DNA of 64,000 bases from an uncultured Planctomycetota bacterium (lineage in GTDB: Bacteria > Planctomycetota > Planctomycetia > Isosphaerales > Isosphaeraceae), in NCBI GenBank assembly GCA_963823665.1, contig CAWGMQ010000011.1, positions 1,088,001 to 1,152,000 on the forward strand, in the 5' to 3' direction. Each line of letters begins with the position of its first letter. The stretch's first letter is position 1. Position numbers and translations under genes: made by a program. The notes under the pieces were generated by a model. It saw nothing but the letters and a program-made list of their open reading frames with translations. It did no database searches and was not told the DNA's origin. Positions 23,301 through 35,300 of the stretch are shown one piece after another.

Positions 23301-26300
23301 TCGCCGCGGCACCGAAGATCTGCCCGTTCTGCACGTTGATGGTGACGTTGCCGTTCGTCGAGACGATCTGGCCGACGTCGAGATTGCCGCCAGTTCCAAC
23401 ATAATAGTCCTGGTCCAGGTCGATGTCGTCGAGCGCGGTGACGTTCACGACCCCCTCCGCGAAGAGCACCAGCGGCGCGGCCGCCGATCCAACCTCGCCG
23501 GTCGCGGAGGTGAGCGTGATGTTGTTCGCGAGGATCGAGGAGTAAAGGCCGGGCGCTGGATCGAGACCGCCGGTCGCGTTGATGACGACGTTGCCGCCGC
23601 TGTGGTAGGTCTGGACGTTTTCGATGAGCGCCCCCGAGCCCAGGTTCAAGTACACCCCCTGGTCGCCGGCCGTGACGTTGAGCACGCCGGTAGGTGTCTG
23701 GGCCGTGAGGTTCTCGGGCCCAGTGACGTTCGCGGGCGCCGAAAGCGTGAGCCCACTCGGCGCGCTCAGGGCCTGAATCGTCGTTCCAACCGGGAGGTCG
23801 GTGCCGGTGCCGGTAACGGTGTCCCCGACGGCCAGCCCCGTTGCATTGCTGATGCCCGTGACCTGATTCGAACCGCTGGTAAGGGTGCCGATAAAGGACA
23901 CTGTGGGCGTCGGCTGCGTCAGGGTCGCGTTCAAGGGTGCCAGGACGGTGAACGTCTCGGAGCTATCGTCCATCGCGTTCGACGAGAGCGTGATCGTCGT
24001 CGAGCTGTTGATCGTCTGGATCGTCGTCCCAGCCGCGATGCCGGTGCCGGTGATGGTCTCGCCGGGGAAGAGCCCGGTCGTCGTGCCGATGCCCGTGACC
24101 TGATTCGTTCCATTCAATGTGCCGGTGAAGGTCTGGTCGATGCCGATGCCGCCGGAGGATGTGAGCGTGAGGTTGTGTGACGTGATGCTCGCGGAAGCGC
24201 TGCTGTCGGTGATGCTCGAGGCGGTGATCGTCGTGGTGCCGTTGGGATTGGCGATATTTCCAGCGAGGATGACCGGGGCATTCGGCGAGTCAATATTGAC
24301 CGAGCCCTGGGCCGCGCCGGCGAAATTGATGGCGATCGGGTAGTCCGCTTCGATCGCGTCTGTCAGCGTCAGTTTCACCCGGGTGGGGTAGTAGTAAGCC
24401 CAGGGGTCGAGATCCTTGCCGCTTGAGTTTTTCACCGCGGGTTTGGTCGGCTTGAACCCGAATTGTTGATTGACATAGACCGGGTCAAAGACAAACCAAT
24501 TCTGCACGCTCCCTTCAATGAGTTCACTGAATGCAGATGTGCTGTAGCCGGATAAGGCGGCGGGGAAGAGTGATTGGTCGAACGGTGTGCTTCACGGGTC
24601 GTTGGGGTTCTGGAAGGACCACGGAGAAAGAGTGTTGCTCGGAACCGACGTAACCGTCCGTGTGAGGGTTGCCTGAACCGACCAATAGTAATGCAGGTTT
24701 TGCATGGGGGTGTAAATCGTCGACGTCCCGGTCGTCCCGCTCGGGTTGCTGACGGGCTGCAGGATCGAGCCGCTGGCCAGGATCCCATCGGCCGTGGCCG
24801 CGCCCTGGTACGTCGTGATGGCCCCACCCGGATGGTAGACGTAGACTGTTTGTACGTAGAGCTGGGCGCTGTTTGGCGGGGTGGTCGTGGCGTGTTCCAG
24901 GTCTGTGATCACGACTTCGGTAGGCGGGGTCGAGCTCAGGGAGCCGATCCCGGCGTTCACGTTGTTCACAACCACGGGGATGTTCGTCTCGTTGTCGATC
25001 GTCACCTGGCCGTTGCCGTCGTTGACGTTGATGTCACCCGACAGATTGGTGCTCATGATCCTGCCGGCGAGCGACAGGTAGCCGGCGCCTGAGGAGGCGT
25101 TCACGTTATTGACGATGATCTGGTTGGTGGCCGCGTCAAACTGGGCGGTAATCTGATTGTCGCTCGAGGAGACGGTGCTGACCGGAAGGCTGAAGAGGGA
25201 CTGCAGGGGATTGTGTGTGTAAAGGGACTGATCGGCCTGGATGGTGCTGTTCAGGGACGATGGCAGGTCGACCGACCAGTTGTTGGGCAGCCCGACATTG
25301 ATGGTGCCGTCGACATCGATGATGGCGGCGGTGATGAGGACCTTTCCGGCATTGAGCGCGCTTGATCCGGAGATGAAGGTCTCGGCGACGCTGCCATCGA
25401 CCGTCGCGGCGGCGGAGAGCGAAAGCGATGTCGGAATCGCGTCGATGGTGTCGGTCATGTCACCGGTTGCGGTTGCGGCATTCGATAAGGAATAGACCGG
25501 ATACCCATGGGATGTTTTGACTGTGATCGTCGTCCCATCGGGGATGCCGGGACCGGAGATGGGATAGCTTTGCCCGTCGGTCAGGCCCAGCGCCGGGTCC
25601 TCGTCAAGGCCCTGCCCATTGCTAAAGAACACACCGTCTTTTTGTCCGGAGTTCGTCTCGAGGGTGTAGGTGGGGTAGCTGATCGACTGGATTGTCGTCC
25701 CAGCCGGGAGACCTCCACTGGTCCCCGTGATGGTGACGGCCTCACCGACGGCCAGCCCCGCCGTATTACTGCTCAGGTTCGTGATCAGGTTCGAACCGGC
25801 CGTGAGTGTCCCGGTGAAGGTCACTGGCGTCGGCTGCGAGGGAAGCGGATCAAGGGTGATGCTCTCATCAGAACCGGTCAGGGTCTCGGGCAAGGAGAGC
25901 GTGATCGCAACATTTTTCCCATTGTTGCCGCTGGCGGTAAAACTCAGGACCGTCGTTCCCGGCTGGATGCCGTTGCCGCTCACGGGCTCACCGTCGAACA
26001 CGACCGGCCCAGTATTGGTCGTGATCGAAGTAGAGCCTTTTTTCAGTTTGGCGGTGAAGGTCTCCGACTGTTGAAAGGTCGGCTCGACGGGGACTACGGG
26101 GAAGTAGCCCTCGTTGCTCGAGTTCATCTGGTAGTACTGCCCAACCGGACTCTCGGACTTCGCGTCCGTCTCTGTCACCGGATCGGGATTGGTGGACGAG
26201 GATACCGAAGCATTGCTACCCGTGTTGGTGCCGAAGAAAACGATGCTGGTTCCCGCTTCTGGTACTTGTGTTCCGTCGTCATTGAGGTATTCCAGAACTG

Positions 26301-29300
26301 GTGTCGATGGCGCATCATTTGTCCCGGCCGCCGTCAACAGTGATGAACTGGGCGTATCGCCGACCTTGCCGATGAGAGCCTTGGTGAGAGCGGTGTTGTC
26401 CGCTGCGATGCTACTGTCGTCGCCGTACTCCGGGAGATCGTTGAACATGGAGTTGGCAACGAAGGCAACGGCGAGGTTGGCGTCCAGATTGGGCCCGGGC
26501 GTGGTATCGGGATTACCGCCCGGCCAGATCATCTCGGAGTCATACTGCGAGTACGGAGACTGGCCGGTCACCACAGTCTGCCCGGGCGTGTCGATCACCA
26601 GGGCGCCGTTCGGCGCGGAGATGGCAACCTGGTTGGCTTGGATGGGCGAAAGCTGTACGACGGACCCGTTCGCGTCAGCGATCGAGACCTGCCCGCGCAG
26701 ATTTTCCACTTCGCCGGAGATGAACACGGCCGGCCCGAAGCTCGAGCTGCCCACCGACTGAGTGTACGTTTCCTGGATGTTCACGACCGGACTGGCGCCT
26801 GCGGCCACATTATTCAGACTCGCGATGGTCAACCCGGAGGATGCAGCTTGCTTGGCACCGGCCGCGCCGGTGTAGTCCACGTCGCCGGCGAGCAAGGGCG
26901 AGATGTTGATCGCGTTGACGATGAGGTAGTCAGGGCTGTTGTTGATGATGTTGATCGAAGGTGCGCCGTAGGCCGTGACGGTGCCGGTGCCGGAAAGGGT
27001 GGCGGCGTTCACCGTCACGTTGCCGCCGAAAGCGGTCAGCGAGCCGAGCTGGATGGCGCCGACGGTGTCCCCCTGCGGGACAACTTCGCCGTCGAGCACC
27101 ATTTGATCCGTCGGGCTCAGGTTGCTCTGGTTGATGACCTGATAGGGGTTAAAAGTCGGATCGAAGCTTGCCGTGAAGCTCGACATCAACGAGCCGCCGG
27201 AGAAAGCAGGGTAGGCCAGGTCGGGGTTGGTAAAGGGGGCGAGATAAGGCACGTTGTTGACGTTGTTGACGTTGGGGGTCGTCACGCCGTTGGCGGTGAT
27301 TTCGGTGCTAAAGATGCCCGAGTTCGCGACGTTGGGAATGTTGATGTTGAGCACGTCGAAGATGCCGGCGGTGACGGTGCCGTTGATCGTCACGGTCGAG
27401 GTGGTGGGGCTGCTGGCCGAGCTGTCGGAGTTCTTTTCCGGGATCATCGAGGTGCCGGTCGCGGTGCCGCCGGTCTTGATCGGGATGATCCAGAGCTCGT
27501 AACCGTGGCCGATTCCCGTCGCGGTTGCTATTGGGGCGCCGTGGTCCGCCGCCAAGGTGATGTTCTGCCCGCTCTCGATCTGGTCGCCCGAGCCCACGGA
27601 CAGCGACGCGTTGCTGGCGAGCGTCGTGAGGGCGTGGGCGATGGGGATGCCAATAAAGCCCCGCGCGTACGACTGCGCGTTGGCGAAGCCCAGCATGCTT
27701 GTGTCGGGGTTGCTGTCGGCGGGATTAGCGTCGTCCCCGGCGGTGAGGCTGATGTTGCCGTAGGCCGTCAGGTTCGTGTCGGGGCCGAGCGTGAGGATCT
27801 GGTTCGACGTGACGTCGGTTGTCGCGCGGGCGGAGGCCAGGGCGCCGGCGAATCCGAACGTATTGGCCGTGCTTGTGTTCGCGGCGTTGACCTGTGTGTC
27901 GGTGCCGATCCCGATGTTCTGGTTGGTCGTGAAATTGTCGGGTCCCCCGGACGTTGAGCTGGTCGCCACGGTGTTAATCAGGTTGGCCGTGAGAGACGAA
28001 TTGGTGCCGCCTCCCTCGAGCGCACCGCCGGCCGAGAGCGCGACCTGGTCCTGAGTGTTCAGCACGCTCGACGCCGTCAGGAAGATGCCGGACGTGCCCG
28101 TGCTGTTCGTGCTGGTCGACTCGACCCAGATCGTGACCAAGCTGCCGATCGTAACGTCGGCGTTACCGGTCAGATTGGTGTCGCTCACGGCGGCCGTGCC
28201 GTTCAAGAAGCCGCCAGCCCCGGCGGTGACGGTGTTCCCGATGGTGGTCCCGTTCGTCGGGAGGTTCTCCGTGAACGTGTTCTGCGCCGTGACGTCCACG
28301 GCGGACGAGGCCATGATGACCGTGTTCGAGAGTATCGTCGCGTTCGCCGCGATGTTGTCGGTGTTGTTCGCCGCGGCACCGCTGGCGCCGGCGACCGCGG
28401 CGTTTGCGGACGTCACGTTGGGCGTGAACTTGCTATTATTATTGGCCGAGACATTGACGGTGCCGGCGAAGATGGCGGGCATTGTTCCACTGGCGAGCGG
28501 ACCGCCCAAGGTCGCCGAGACGGTCGAAGTGTCGTTAGTGTCGCCGACCGAGACGTCGCCCGCGATCAGGCCGCCGCTGCCGGCGGTGCTCGATGCGTTG
28601 TTTTGGTCCGTCCCGGTGGCGGCGACAGTGAGCGCACCGGAGCGCGAGCTACTGGTCAGCACCCCCGCCCCCAATTGGGCCGTGGTGGTCACAGACGAGT
28701 TGGCGGTGGCCGCGTCGGCGCCCAGGGCGAGAATGCCGCCGATTGCCACGCCGGTGGCCATCGCGGACTGGTCGCTCGTGCTGGTGGCGTCGATCGAGAC
28801 ATTCCCGTTCGGGAGCATCACCGCGGTGCCGGTGGTCGCCTGCACCGTGCCCTCGGCCTGGGCCGTGCTGACGGTGGCGTTAATTCCCGCCAGGACCCCG
28901 CCTGCGCCGGCGTCGGCCTGTGAATTCTCCGTCGCGCTCCGCGTCGCATCGACTGAGAGCGAGGCGGCCGAGATCGAGACCGAATTGCCGAGGTAGCTCG
29001 ACGTCGTTCCGGAAACGGTCGCGATGCTGACATTCACGCCGATCGAGACGCCCCCCACGTCGACTCCGATCGATTCGGCGCTCGCTTGCGGCGTCTGCTG
29101 GGCGTTTACCAGGACGGTACCGGTTGACGTGATCGTGCTGTTGTTATTGATGGCAGCCATCACGTCCGGCGCGGTTGTAGCGGTGGCGGCGGCGCCGCTG
29201 CCGGCGATGATGCCGCCCGCCAGCGCGAAGGCCAAAGCATCCGAACTATCGTTGGCCGTGGCCATGACCGTCAGATTGGCGCAGCCGGTGACAACGCCAT

Positions 29301-32300
29301 CGATGTGGGCGCTGGTCGAGCCATCAGCCGATGTGGTCGCGATGCTGCCGCCTATGGCGAGGAAGCCGGCGGCAATTCCAAACGTCGTGGCCGTGGCACT
29401 GTTGGTCGCGCCGGCCGTGACGGAGATATTGCGGGTGGCGCTCAAGGTGGCCCCGCTGCCTTCATAGGCGTCCACGGCGGGGTTGACCATGGCGCTGGCT
29501 CCGGCTCCGGCGCCGGCGGCGCCCAAGGCGGCCGCTACGGATGTGGCCACAGACAGCGTGTTCACCGAGTCGCTCGAGCTGGCGCCGATCGAAATCTGGC
29601 CTCCGGTGGAGGTGACGTTGGAATTATCCACGTAAGCGGTGATGTTGCTGCTGACGGTGTTCAGGGCCACGGAGAGGCCGACCGAGCCGCCGACGATGGC
29701 GGCCGCCCCGGCCACGGCAACGACTTGCGAGGTGATGGCGGCGTTTTCTGCGGCCGTGAGCGTGATGGCCCCGGCCGCGGTGATCGTGCTCGGGGCGCTC
29801 GAGGAAGGGCCCTCGATATAGCTTTTGATCGTGTTGTCGACCGTATTGCTGGCGCCGGCGCCGCGCCGGCGAAGGCCGCGCCGATCCCGATGGCACCGGC
29901 GACGCTGGCCGCCACGCAGGTGGCCTGGAGCATGGCCGTCGTGGGCATGGTGGCGCTCAGCGTGATCTGGCCCGCGGCGGTGATCGTCGAGTCGTCGCTG
30001 TAGGCCTCGACCGTGTCTTCGACATCGTTGCTGGCGATCGCGGCGCTCAAGCTGAAGCTGACGGCTGCGACACTGCCGGAGAGGCTCACGGCGGCGGCCA
30101 CAGTGATGGCCGTGAGGTTGGGCGAATCCGTGGCTGCCAGGGTGACATTTCCGCTGTTCGTGGTCGTGACTCCGGCGCCGCCCGAGAGGTAGGCCTCCAC
30201 CGTATTATCGACCGTGTTGGACGAATAACCGACGCCCACAGCGATCGCAACCCCGGCGCCGATGCCGCCCCCCACGGCGATGGCCACGGCCCCGCCGACG
30301 GTCACGGCCGTCATGCTCGACGTCTCGGCCGCGGCCACGCTCACGTTGTTGCCCGTGGCGCTCACCGACGAGTCGGACACATAGGCCAGAACCGAGTTTT
30401 GAATACTGTTGGTGGCGACGGCAAAGCCCGCGGCGAATGCGAGGCCGCCGGCGATCAAGCCGGCTCCGATGCCAACCGCCGCGGCGATGCCGCCGCCACC
30501 GGCAATGATCGTCGAGTTGTCGGTGGCATCAATGTCGACGCTGCCCGCCTGGGCGGTCACGTTGCTGCCGCCCGAGACGTAGGCATCAACATTGTCTGCG
30601 ATGCTGCTGCTCGAAACCGAACCGGCCACGGCCACGCCGATACCCACTCCGACAAGCTCACCTACACCGAGACCCAAGGATACCGCTCCGCCGATCGCCA
30701 CGGCCAGGATGCTCGCCTTCTCGGTCGCGGCGACGTTCACCATCCCCGCCGAGGTCACGTCGGAACTGACCACATAGGCCTTGACGTTGTTATCGATGCT
30801 GTTGCTGGCCGCCGCCACCCCGAGCGAGACGCCCAGGCCGGCCAGCTCGGCGCCGATGCCGATGCCGACGGCCAGCCCGCCTGCGATGGCCTCGATCGAC
30901 GAGCTGTCGGTGGCCGTCACGATCACGTCTCCGGCGGAGAGGGTCTTCACCGTGCTGTTGCCCGCGATATACGCATACACGTTGTTGCTGATGCTATTGC
31001 CGGACCCTGCGCCGCGGCGCCGACACCGACGCCAAGGAAGCCCTCGCTCACGCCGATGCCCACCGCGCCGCCGATCGTCCAGGCGTCGATCGTCGCCGAC
31101 TCGGTCGCGGTCAGACTGACGTCGCCGTCGGTCGCGGTTACCGCCGAGTTGTCGATATAAGCGCTCACATTGTCCTGGATGTCGTTGATGGCCACCGAGA
31201 TGCCGATCGAAGCGCCAATGCCGTACGTGGTACCTACGGCCACCCCCACCCCCAGGGCCCCGGCGATGGTCAGGATGTAGGCGTTGTCGGTGGCGCTCAC
31301 GTCAATCGCGCCAGCGCTCGTTGTAACGACGCTGTTGTCGATATAGGCAAGGACCGAGTTTTGCACAATGTCGCCCGAGCCGGCCCCGGCCCCGGAGCCG
31401 GCGACGCCCCCTGCTTGGTCCGAAACAGCCACGGCGACCGCGACGCCGATGGTTAGCGCCTCGATCGTCGGCATCGCGATGGCCGTCACGTTGACGTCGC
31501 CCGCAGAGCTCAATGTGGAGCCACTCACGTAGGCTTGGGTGGTGTTGCCAATCTCGTTGAATGCGACCGACACCCCGACGGCGAGCCCGAGGGTCCCCGT
31601 GCTCACGGCGATGCCGACTCCGCCCGCGAGCGCTTTGATGGTCGAGGTGTCCAAGGCGCTGACGTCCAAGCCGTCCGCGCCCGTTTCCGTGGTGGTGACG
31701 CCGGTCGAGCCGGAGATATAGGCGTCGGTGGTGTTGTGGATGATGTTGATCGAGACGGCCCCGCCCACGGCGACTGAGGCGAAGCCAACGCCCCCCGCGA
31801 ACGAGCCCGCGACGGTGATGTTGTTGATCTGGCCGGCGTACGTGGCGTTCACGTCGATCTGGCCCGCCTTCAGGCTGCCGGTGACGTTCTCGATGGCGGC
31901 GCGGACGACGTTATTGTTCTTGGAGGAGGGATCGTTGGGATCGCCGCCCAGGTAATTGAAAGCGATCGAGGCGCCAATGGCGGCCGCGATCGCCGAGGTC
32001 CCGACGCCGACAATGGCCACGGCGCCGGCCAAGGAGTCGATCGTCGAGGTGTCGCTTGCGAGAACGCTGAGCTTTCCCCCGGCCAGGACGTACTGAGGGG
32101 AGGCGATGTTGGACACCTCGGCTTCGACCGTGTTGTCGATCCAGTTGAGCGAAAGCGAGCCGGCGAAGGCGACTTTCCCGGTGGCGGCGACCGCGCCGCT
32201 GACGGCCATGGCGGCGACCTGCACGTCCAGGCCTGCCGGCAGCGTCGTGGGCTTGGCGAAGGTGGCGTAGACGAGCATGGCAGCGCCCGAGGAGGCGGTC

Positions 32301-35300
32301 GAGTCGTCGATGATGGCGGTGTCGGTGTCATGGATGTTGTTGACGGCTACGGCGGCCGCCCCGGCGAAGTTGCCGCTCAAGCTGGCGCCGACATTGCCCG
32401 CCAGGGTCGCGATCGAGGCCGTATCGGTGGCCAGCACCGAGAGCTTGCCGGCGGCGGTCACCAGCGATGGCGTGCCTCCGAGGCCGACACCCCCGCTGGC
32501 GGCGATGTGGGCGTCGACCGTGTTGGTGATGAAGTTGAGGGCGAACGAGCCGCCGAAGGCGTTGCCGCTAGCGGAACCGGCGCCGCCGACCACGACGTTG
32601 ATGTCCTGCGCCGCCTCGGTGGAGCTGACGGTCACGGCTCCCCCCGTCGATTGGACCGTCGACCCGTGGACGTAGGCCGTGATGATGTTCGCGATATCAT
32701 TCAAGCCGATGGAGGCATTGACGGCCGTCTTACTGCCGGTCGAGATGGCCACGGAGCCGGTCCCGGAGCCGATCTTCGAGGCATCGTTGGCCTCGACCTC
32801 AATATTGCCCCCGGCCTGGACGTTCGAGTTGCTCGAGATGTGGGCATCGACGTCCATGCGGACGAAATTCAAGTTGACGGCGCCGGCGCCGGCGCTGTTG
32901 GTGCCCCCCGCCCCGGCGGCCGCGACGCTGACGAGCTGGCCGCTGATCGGGATGGGCAAGGCCACGGCCATGCCCCCCACGACGAACTGCGTGGGCTGGA
33001 CCTCCAGGCTTTGGCTCGAGCCCGTCCCGGGTGAGGTCAGAGGGATGGGCTGGTTGTTGACGGCGTCATTCTCGGTGCCAGCCAGCTTGATATGAGTCGC
33101 GTCCACCACGATGACGTAGTAGATCTGGCCGCTCGTCAAGCTGCCGATGCTCGAGCCACCGCCGTTCTCATAAGTGACGGCGTCGCCGGTGGCCAGATTG
33201 GGGTTCTTCGCGAAGCTGATCTCGTCTGCCCCGGGCGTCGTGGTCGCCACGGCGGAGGTGCCGAAGGTGAGGGCCGAGGCGGGCACGGTCGGAGTAAAGC
33301 TTTGCCCCGTGCCAAGGCCCAATGAGCTCAGAGCCAGCGCGGTGCCGGCGCTTGCGTTCGCCTGCGAATTTGCCAACTGGATGGTAAAGTCATTGACCTT
33401 GATGACGTAGTACGTGCCGCCATCGGTCAGGCCGCCGACATCGTACACGCCTTTCAGGGCCGGGATGTCATCGATCTCTTGCTGGAGCTGAGCGGCCAGG
33501 GTCGCGGCGGTATAGGTCCCGTGGGTCAAGGTAATGCTGAACCGAGTGCCGCCGGCGGACAGGTACAGCGTATCGTTGGTGGAATCGATTGCGAGCGTGG
33601 CGGCACTGGAGCCGGTGATCGTGCTGTCCGTTTTGGAGGTCGTGGTCTTGGGTGAACTGCCAAAGAGGCCGATCGCGGCGTCGCCGCTTACCTGAATGAC
33701 CGGACCGCCCGAATCGAGAGTGAGCATGCCGTTGTTTTGAGTGACGGTCATGCCCCCGTTGCTGTGGTAAACGACCTCCTCGCCGGTCGTCAGGCCGTGG
33801 GGGCTGGCGAACGTGACCGCGTTCGTGACCGACAAACCGGCCTTGATGATGGCGGTATTGATGGCGGTCTGGACTGCCGTGGCCAGGGCGCTGGCCGTGT
33901 AAGTCCCCGCCTTCAGCGTGATGGTGAGCGGTGTGTTCTTCACGTTCACCAGCAGTGTGTCGTTGCTGCCGGCCGTGATGGTGAGATTGGCGGTCGCGGA
34001 CCCCGTGATCGAGTCGCCGCTGGTCGTGGGAGCAGAGCCGAGCAGGCCGGTTTCCGCATCGCCCCCAGTCACAGTGAACTGAGGATTGTTCGAGGTGATG
34101 GTCAACGTGCCAACGTTCTGGCTGACGGTGACCGCGGCGATGGGAACCGTGGTGGCCGGCAGCGCGACGCTCTGGGAGGACGGATTGAACGACGCGCCAG
34201 CGGCGACATCGAGCGGCGTGAGGGTCTGGCTCGAGCTCGTGCCGGGGGAGCTCAATGAGATGGGCCTGGACGAGGTGGGCACCAGGATTGTACCCGCGCC
34301 GGAAGAGGTCAACTCGATTGGGTTGCCATCATTGGCATCGGTCAGCGAGTCGGCCAGCACGACCTGCGTCGCGCTCGCGCTCATGACGTAGTAGGTCGTG
34401 CCGCTCGTCAGTCCGCCGATTGCGGTGCCCTTGGTTGCGACATAGACAACGGCCTCTCCGGTGTACAAGCCGAGACTGCTCGAGGAGAGCGTGATCTGGT
34501 TGGTTGCGGTATTCACCCCGGTCACGTTTGCCTGGATCGGAGTGCCGGACACGGCGTCATCATAGGTCGCGGCCAGCTTGATCGTGTCAGGATCAAGCAC
34601 GATGACGTAATAGGAGTGGCCGCTCGACAGCCCGCCGATGCTGCTGCCGCCGCCGCTGTTGTAGACAACTTCCTGCCCCGTGGTCAGGCCGTCGGGACTG
34701 GCAAAGTGAATGGCGTCGCCGCTCTCCGTGACGCCAGAACTGGTGTTCAAGTTCAAGGTGGTGGCGCCGGGCAGCGTGGTCGGGTTATTGAAACCCGACA
34801 GGACGAGCACCTGGCCGCCGGCGGTCACGGTCGAGCTATCAATATAGGCCGTGTCGCCGCTGGCCGGCTCGGGCACCGTGAACGTCCCGGTGCCGGTCGA
34901 GGCGGTCAGGCTGATGATCTGGCTGGGGCTTCCGCTGGTGGCGTCAGCCTGAGAGGGGTCGAGCTGAATATCGGTCGCATCGACGGAGACGACGTAATAG
35001 GTGCTCCCGTCCGTGAGGCCGCCGATACTCGCGCCGCCATTGTTGTCGTACTTGACCGGCTCTCCCGTGTACAGGCCGGGGTCGCTGGCGAAGCTGACCT
35101 CGTTGCCATTCGTGATGGTGGCGTTCACGGCGGACGGGCCGAATGTGGCGGACGGGGATGCCATCAAGGCCGTGAAGGTGTGCCCCGTCCCACTACCCAG
35201 GTTGGGACCGAGCGTGATGGGGACGGTGGGCGTCGACAGGGCGCCGGCCTGGCTTGCGGCGAGCCCGATCCCGTTGTCGGGGGCCTTGATTATGTAGTAG

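Noticed and set aside
24592..24594. Alternative genetic code (TGA=Trp) or selenocysteine
   Set aside because: argJ, the SDR, the ACP-like gene and gene C end in TGA at expected positions. There is no Cys/redox context or evident SECIS.
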